Below are positions 39,355-44,494 of a stretch of DNA of 44,494 nt, piece after piece. The stretch comes from Candidatus Iainarchaeum sp. (GTDB lineage Archaea; Iainarchaeota; Iainarchaeia; Iainarchaeales; JAAZKV01). The notes under the pieces are model-generated. The model saw only the letters and a program-made list of their open reading frames with translations, did not search any database and was not told where the DNA came from. The stretch covers positions 1-44,494 of the forward strand of contig JAQVNZ010000003.1 in NCBI GenBank assembly GCA_028702895.1. Reading direction: 5' to 3'. Each line of letters begins with the position of its first letter. Position 1 is the stretch's first letter. The position numbers and the translations under genes are program-made.

Positions 39355-39418
39355 AGGTTCAAAAAGAACCTACCAATCAAACTGAACAATTGTTTATTTT
39401 TTTTATATATAAACAATT
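39355..39418. promoter_or_regulatory. Two inverted repeats upstream of the micro-operon
   Basis: AGGTTC-N5-GAACCT (39355-39371) and AATTGTTTAT-N11-ATAAACAATT (39388-39418); the second overlaps a TATA-like run. Confidence 0.45.
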
Positions 39419-39478
39419 TTGAAGGTCAATGCCGGAGAACAAATTTTAATAAATTATTTTTTTTTAAAATTAGTTTTT

Positions 39479-41038
39479 TTATTTTAATTGAGGATAATTG
39501 CCTGGTATTTTTTTCCAAGTGTTTTCAAAATCCCAATTGTTATTTGGGTCAGTATTGTTTTGCATTGGGACATTATAATCTTTAGATAGTTCTGTTTTGG
39601 GTAAGAATGCATTTGGTTCTAAAACAGCACCGTTTTTTTCATTACAGCCGGTGCAAATTTCATCGCCACAACATTCGTTTTGATTAGTTGTGTTAACATC
39701 CCAATAACAATTAAACATATTTGAATTATTGTTTGCTTCGCCGATTAATCCACCAACATTGGTTGTGCCCGTAACTTTTCCTGCAGAGTAAGAATTTTTA
39801 ATTATTCCTAATAAAGTATGGGGTACTTCGTAGATTCCTGATGAACTCCCGATTAATCCTCCGGTATAGTCGGTGCCAATAATTTCTCCGGTAGTATATG
39901 TGTTTGTGATATTTGAATACAATGACCAACCGATTAATCCGCCAGTAGTATTATTCCCGGTAACTTTTCCTGTGCTATAAGCATCCGTTACTGTTGAGTC
40001 GTATGTGTATCCAATTAACCCTCCCACAATGTAATCTCCATTAATGTCCCCTGATGTGTGTGCTCTTATAATATTAGATTCATAGGCAAAACCAATTAAT
40101 CCTCCAACGTGATCTGTTCCGTTAATGGTTCCTGTCGTGTGCACATTTTTGATTGTTGATTGGTAGGTGTATCCAATTATGCCGCCGATATATTCTAAGC
40201 CGGTTATGTTAGTATCTATTATTTTTAAGTTAGAGATATTCGCCATGCTCGCATATCCTATAAATCCAACATCTGTTCCGCTTGGCCTGTTAATATATAA
40301 ATTTTTAATTATTTTTTCGTTCCCATTAAACTGTCCATTAAACGTGTATGTAAAATCATTTTCTTCGTTGTCACATTCATTATTTGGTCCGCAACTTCCT
40401 AAAGGTTCCCATCCTAATCTGTCATTCCAATTAATTGTTTCACTTGCATCAATATCTTTCATTAAAATATAATTACGGTCTAATTGTTCTCTTATTTTAT
40501 TTAAATCTTGTAAAGAACAAATTTGAATTATATCATTTTTTGTGTTAAAACAATTTTTTGGTAGTATTGGTTCTTTTGTTGGTTCTGAGTTTTCTTCACA
40601 TTGCACTATTATTTTTTGAGTAATTTTTTTAATTAAATCATGTTTTGTTTTATAGGTTATTTCAAATTCACAAGTTCTCGTTTTTTGAGTAGGTTCACAT
40701 TTACAAGTATTGGTTAACTGAATTAATTCATTATTGCCTGGGCTTATCAGATTATTATATTCGTTGTCCTTATCTTCGATTGTTATTTTTGTTAGAGTAA
40801 ATGTTTCGCTAATATTGTTTTTAAAATTTAATAATCCGGTATCGTTTGTCGTGTTTGTTATTGCGCCTATTATACTTATTCCTCCGGTTCCGATTTGTCC
40901 TTTTAGTTGTTCGTTTGTTTGAGTGATTTGTTGTGTGTCAAAAAGGTTTGTTGAGATTCCTACTACAATTAATCCAATGACAATGACTATTGCCATGCCA
41001 ATAAGATATTCTATAGTTCCTTGGGCAGTTTGGGTCAT
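39479..41038 (-). CDS. Class III signal peptide (pilin-like) surface protein with GLUG repeats, copy B
   Basis: A|QGTIEYL followed by a hydrophobic helix; six G...[VIT]GG[LI]IG repeats; WDFENTW...YPQL; paralog of 20631-22142. Confidence 0.85.
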   Translation of the reverse strand: MTQTAQGTIEYLIGMAIVIVIGLIVVGISTNLFDTQQITQTNEQLKGQIGTGGISIIGAITNTTNDTGLLNFKNNISETFTLTKITIEDKDNEYNNLISPGNNELIQLTNTCKCEPTQKTRTCEFEITYKTKHDLIKKITQKIIVQCEENSEPTKEPILPKNCFNTKNDIIQICSLQDLNKIREQLDRNYILMKDIDASETINWNDRLGWEPLGSCGPNNECDNEENDFTYTFNGQFNGNEKIIKNLYINRPSGTDVGFIGYASMANISNLKIIDTNITGLEYIGGIIGYTYQSTIKNVHTTGTINGTDHVGGLIGFAYESNIIRAHTSGDINGDYIVGGLIGYTYDSTVTDAYSTGKVTGNNTTGGLIGWSLYSNITNTYTTGEIIGTDYTGGLIGSSSGIYEVPHTLLGIIKNSYSAGKVTGTTNVGGLIGEANNNSNMFNCYWDVNTTNQNECCGDEICTGCNEKNGAVLEPNAFLPKTELSKDYNVPMQNNTDPNNNWDFENTWKKIPGNYPQLK

Positions 41039-41128
41039 TTTATCATTATACTAACATGACTTGAATTTATTAATTTTGTTATAGGTTGTTTAAAGTTTAT
41101 TTTTAATAAAAGTAGTTTTATTTTAGAA

Positions 41129-41776
41129 TCATTCTCTAGCCCATTTGTGCATTTCTTTTAAAGATTTTTCTAAAATTTCAATTTTAACAATTTTTTTTTC
41201 TAACTCTTCAACTTGTTTATTACTAGTTTTCATCCTAAAATCTTTTAATTCATCAGCATACTTGGCAACCTTTTTATCTTTCTTATATACAATACTTTCT
41301 CTAACAGTTTCAGCTAATTGCTTTCTATACTCTAAATCATTAACAAACATTTTTACCATTGGCTTCCATTTAGCATCGCTAACTAGATTAATTGGTAATT
41401 TTACTTGTTCTGAGTCTTTTCTATAATCAGGATCAATAATCATTTTTGCTTGATGCTTCCAATATAATGGTTCTTTTAATTTTTTTATTTGATTATTTTT
41501 ATCATAATTTTCTGCTTGTGAAAATTTTTTTTTCCAAGAAGAAAGATTTTTTTCAAACAAATTACGCTTCGCTTTTAATTCATTCGTTTTTTTAGAAATA
41601 ACAAAAATGGTGGGATAAACTAATTTTGGCCAAGAAATATCTGTTTTGTAAGCTCTAATTACACCGTGTGATTCAAAATAAATTTCTAAAGCTTCTAATC
41701 TTTCCTTATCTTTTGCTTTTGGAAATTTTTTTTTAAAAGAATTAATATTTGAAAACATATTCGTTTCTTTATTCAT
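41129..41776 (-). CDS. Hypothetical soluble, lysine-rich helical/coiled-coil protein
   Basis: Long open frame; ATG 41776 (MNKETNMF...) chosen because the ORF-track start overlaps nac. Confidence 0.7.
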   Translation of the reverse strand: MNKETNMFSNINSFKKKFPKAKDKERLEALEIYFESHGVIRAYKTDISWPKLVYPTIFVISKKTNELKAKRNLFEKNLSSWKKKFSQAENYDKNNQIKKLKEPLYWKHQAKMIIDPDYRKDSEQVKLPINLVSDAKWKPMVKMFVNDLEYRKQLAETVRESIVYKKDKKVAKYADELKDFRMKTSNKQVEELEKKIVKIEILEKSLKEMHKWARE

Positions 41777-41839
41777 GAAATAGTAAAGTAGTGGGGGCTT
41801 AAAAACATTATTATTAACATTTTTGTTAGGAGTGATATT

Positions 41840-42169
41840 ATGTTTCCAGGTGGAATGAATCCAAGAAATATGGGTAGAATGATGAAACAACTAGGCATTA
41901 AAAATGATGAATTAGATGCTAAAAAAGTTGAAATATTATTAGAAGATGGGACTAAACTTTTATTTGATAAACCATCTGTACAATTAATGGAAATGCAAGG
42001 CCAAAAAACGTATACTATTATTGGTAATCCGGTTTTAGAAAAAGGAATTCCAATGGAAGATATAAGATTAGTTTCAGAACAAGCAAGCGTATCAGAAGAA
42101 GAAGCAAAAAAAGCTTTGGAAGAAAATAATGGTGATATTGCAGAAGCAATTTCTAAATTAAAAGAATAA
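41840..42169 (+). CDS. nac: Nascent polypeptide-associated complex protein (archaeal NAC)
   Basis: MNPRNMGRMMKQLGI, NAC domain (MEMQGQKTYTI), UBA-like EDIRLVSEQASVSEEEAKKALEENNGDIAEAI. Confidence 0.95.
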   Translation: MFPGGMNPRNMGRMMKQLGIKNDELDAKKVEILLEDGTKLLFDKPSVQLMEMQGQKTYTIIGNPVLEKGIPMEDIRLVSEQASVSEEEAKKALEENNGDIAEAISKLKE

Positions 42170-42302
42170 TTTTTTTAAAAAATATTTTTTAATCTTACCA
42201 AAATATTTGGGTTAAAGAATATTTTTTTAAATTATTTTTTTTATAATTAGGTTTAATTTCTTTTTTATAATTGGTCTTGGTTTTTTTTTATAATTAATTT
42301 TT

Positions 42303-43355
42303 TTAATTTGATTCAACAGCATTAGTTATTTTTGTAGTAATTCTTCCATTAGAAATTTCTAGTCTAATCATTGACTTTTTACCAGTAAAAGAATCTAGTG
42401 AAACTTCAATATTAAAACTCGTATTAAAATCAATTGATTTGTTTAAATCTTTTATGAAAACTTCGTTAATAAAAATAGTGGCCATTTTATTTAATTTTAA
42501 ATTAAAATCTTGGAATAAATCTACTAAAAGTTCTTTATTATCTTGATTAGTTTGACCGAATAAAGAATTTTCAAAAGGTATTGCCATTGAACCTTCAATA
42601 AGATTTACTTGTTCTGAATAATAAGTCGCATTAAAATCTTCGCCTTTTACTTCAAAAAATAATTCTTCACCAACTTCGTTTAATTCAAATTCTTTTTCTA
42701 CAAAAAATATTTCTGGAATATTTGTTTTATTTTCTAATTCCATTAATTCAATTGAAACAATATTATTTCCTTGAAGTTTAATTGTTCCATTAACGCTTAT
42801 TTCATCATTTGCCATAGTTTCTAAATTTACTATTGCGAAAGTTGTTTCATATTCGAATAAAAATTTTCTTGAAAAATTCGCGTCCTTATGAATTAATTCA
42901 ATATTTTCTTTTGGTGTTATTATACTAACTCTTTTCATAGCTTGTTTGTCGCCATTAAAAAATTTTAATTCAAAAATTTCATTAACTACGTCTATTACAT
43001 TAATTTTTTTTCTTAAATTAATTTCAGCAAAATAAACCCACTTATCGGTATTATTACTAATGAATTGAGATGATTGGATTCTTGATACTCCTGGTATTGA
43101 TTGTATTTCTAAATCAATATCGTTTTTATTTAACTCGCTAGTCTCTACTGCAATTCTAATAAAATCTAGTTCTTGGATAACGCTTGTTTGAAAATTAATA
43201 TTATACTCGTAAATTGTTTGATTTTGTGGTACTAATGGTTGATTGTTTTGAGCAGGGGGTTGAGGGGCATAAATTAGTGCTGCTGCAAACATACTTCCAA
43301 CTAGTGCGATTAGGATAATAATTCCAATTATTTTTTGAAATAATTCTCGTTCCAT
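42303..43355 (-). CDS. Hypothetical N-terminally membrane-anchored protein
   Basis: TM/signal IIGIIILIALVGSMFAAALIY, Pro/Gln linker, acidic beta-rich ectodomain. Confidence 0.7.
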   Translation of the reverse strand: MERELFQKIIGIIILIALVGSMFAAALIYAPQPPAQNNQPLVPQNQTIYEYNINFQTSVIQELDFIRIAVETSELNKNDIDLEIQSIPGVSRIQSSQFISNNTDKWVYFAEINLRKKINVIDVVNEIFELKFFNGDKQAMKRVSIITPKENIELIHKDANFSRKFLFEYETTFAIVNLETMANDEISVNGTIKLQGNNIVSIELMELENKTNIPEIFFVEKEFELNEVGEELFFEVKGEDFNATYYSEQVNLIEGSMAIPFENSLFGQTNQDNKELLVDLFQDFNLKLNKMATIFINEVFIKDLNKSIDFNTSFNIEVSLDSFTGKKSMIRLEISNGRITTKITNAVESN

Positions 43356-43450
43356 AAAATCACTAAATACATTTAAAAGTTCTTGCTAAGCTTTTTTTAT
43401 TATATTAATATAAGAAAATAAAGATAAAAGATTTATAAAGGTGTTTTTAA

Positions 43451-44188
43451 GTGACTGAAAAAAAAGAAGTTTTTGTTAAAAAAGAAAATCTCGATAAAAA
43501 AACTATTGTTAAAAAAATGGTTGAAGTGGATTTTATTGGAAAAGAATTATTGAATAATAGTATTTTTGATACTACTATGGAAAACGTTGCAAAAGAACAC
43601 AATTTTTTTGATCCTAAGAGAAAATATTCTCCTCTAACAATTATTATTGGTGAAAAAGAATTACATGCGAAAGTTGAAAAAGAATTAGAAACAATGAAAG
43701 CTGGGGAAGAAAAAACTGTTTTATTAAACGAAAAAGAAGGTTTTGGAGAAAGACAAGGAGATTATGTTAGAATATTACCTTTAAAAGTATTTAAAGAACA
43801 AAAAATGAATCCGGTTCCGGGATTAATAATTAATACTGGTAATTTAATTGGAAAAGTTCAAAGTGTTAGTGGTGGGAGAGTAAGAGTTGATTTTAATCAT
43901 CCATTAGCTGGAAGAAATTTAGAATATTATGTGAAAGTAAATAAAGAAATTAATAGCGTAAAAGAAAAGTCTGAAAAATTATTTGAAAAATATTATTCTC
44001 AAATTCCTGGATCTAAAAAGGAATTCAAAGAAGAAATTTTATACATAACTCTTCCTTCTAGTACATTAAAAAACTTGGATAAAATAAACAACACGATTAT
44101 TGAATTAGGAAAATCTTTGGGTGTTATAATAAAATTTGTTGAAGGAAAAGAAATAGTAAAAGTTGAAAATAAAGAAGTTCAAAACTGA
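43451..44188 (+). CDS. Archaeal long-type FKBP peptidyl-prolyl isomerase (SlyD-like)
   Basis: IFDTT, GEEKTV, GFGER, insert-in-flap domain, GRVRVDFNHPLAGRNL. Confidence 0.9.
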   Translation: MTEKKEVFVKKENLDKKTIVKKMVEVDFIGKELLNNSIFDTTMENVAKEHNFFDPKRKYSPLTIIIGEKELHAKVEKELETMKAGEEKTVLLNEKEGFGERQGDYVRILPLKVFKEQKMNPVPGLIINTGNLIGKVQSVSGGRVRVDFNHPLAGRNLEYYVKVNKEINSVKEKSEKLFEKYYSQIPGSKKEFKEEILYITLPSSTLKNLDKINNTIIELGKSLGVIIKFVEGKEIVKVENKEVQN

Positions 44189-44211
44189 GTTGTTGTTAAT
44201 TTAATTAATTT

Positions 44212-44493
44212 TTAATCTGATTTTATACAACGAATTGAGAATCCATCTGGGTTATTTTGACTAATTCTTGATTGAACTCCCCCAGTGTATATAAAATAAT
44301 ATTTTGTTTCGTTGTTACTTCCAATATCTGAAGTCCAAAATGTTGCTCGTTCGTCTGGTGTTTTATTAATATACTGAAAAAAAGGAGAGTATCCCATAGC
44401 TTTATAATTGAACATTCCTCCGGGTAATGCACTAAAGCCAGTTTCGTTAGTCCCTGTCGAGGGGGGAGCGTTATATGTTTTTTTTAATGTTGA
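44212..44493 (-). CDS. Fib_succ_major (FISUMP) domain protein, C-terminal fragment (5' end outside window)
   Basis: Frame open to the window edge: ...GTNETGFSALPGG...ATFWTS...GFSIRCIKSD. Confidence 0.85.
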   Translation of the reverse strand, partial: STLKKTYNAPPSTGTNETGFSALPGGMFNYKAMGYSPFFQYINKTPDERATFWTSDIGSNNETKYYFIYTGGVQSRISQNNPDGFSIRCIKSD

Positions 44494-44494
44494 T

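Noticed and set aside
39355-39371. GGTTCAAA as a tRNA T-arm / att-site remnant
   Set aside because: Flanks do not form a T-stem or acceptor stem; better explained as a simple inverted repeat.
41777-41890. N-terminal extension of the 253-aa ORF overlapping nac
   Set aside because: It overlaps the nac start and promoter on the opposite strand and has non-coding-like composition; the downstream ATG is more plausible.
1-44494. CRISPR array, tRNA/rRNA, IS/transposase, integrase, complete DGR
   Set aside because: No regularly spaced repeats, GC-rich cloverleaf or rRNA-like segment, recombinase/transposase/RT ORF or TR-VR pair was seen by eye; short or divergent RNAs could have been missed.
1-44494. 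Stop-codon reassignment
   Set aside because: Conserved genes are full length under code 11 and end in TAA, TGA or TAG at expected positions.

Overview
Very AT-rich archaeal chromosomal window in the standard genetic code. The gene set (PolD DP1/DP2, Cdc6, uS15, eS1, Bud32, CarS, NAC, Hel308, archaeal SecDF and SepF, a bacterial-type grpE-dnaK-dnaJ locus, giant surface proteins) points to a DPANN archaeon; my inference is an Iainarchaeota/Diapherotrites-like lineage. Housekeeping blocks alternate with surface and accessory genes: two paralogous class-III-signal (pilin-like) GLUG proteins, a truncated Fib_succ_major (FISUMP) gene, and a three-gene operon of large exported proteins. The most notable observations are: (i) a divergent pair of small enzymes (papain/transglutaminase-like and GNAT) with K/R-rich, acid-free N-terminal leaders; (ii) a DUF92-carS-archaeosortase module; (iii) a PolD DP1 with substitutions in conserved exonuclease motifs; (iv) a 31-aa Pcc1-like microprotein missed by the ORF track; (v) an operon of four very small genes including a PC4-like and an RHH protein; (vi) a pilin-like gene whose 5' half is strongly depleted of A on the + strand. 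I saw no tRNA/rRNA, CRISPR array, transposase, integrase, reverse transcriptase or intein. All family calls come from manual motif recognition; no database searches were run.
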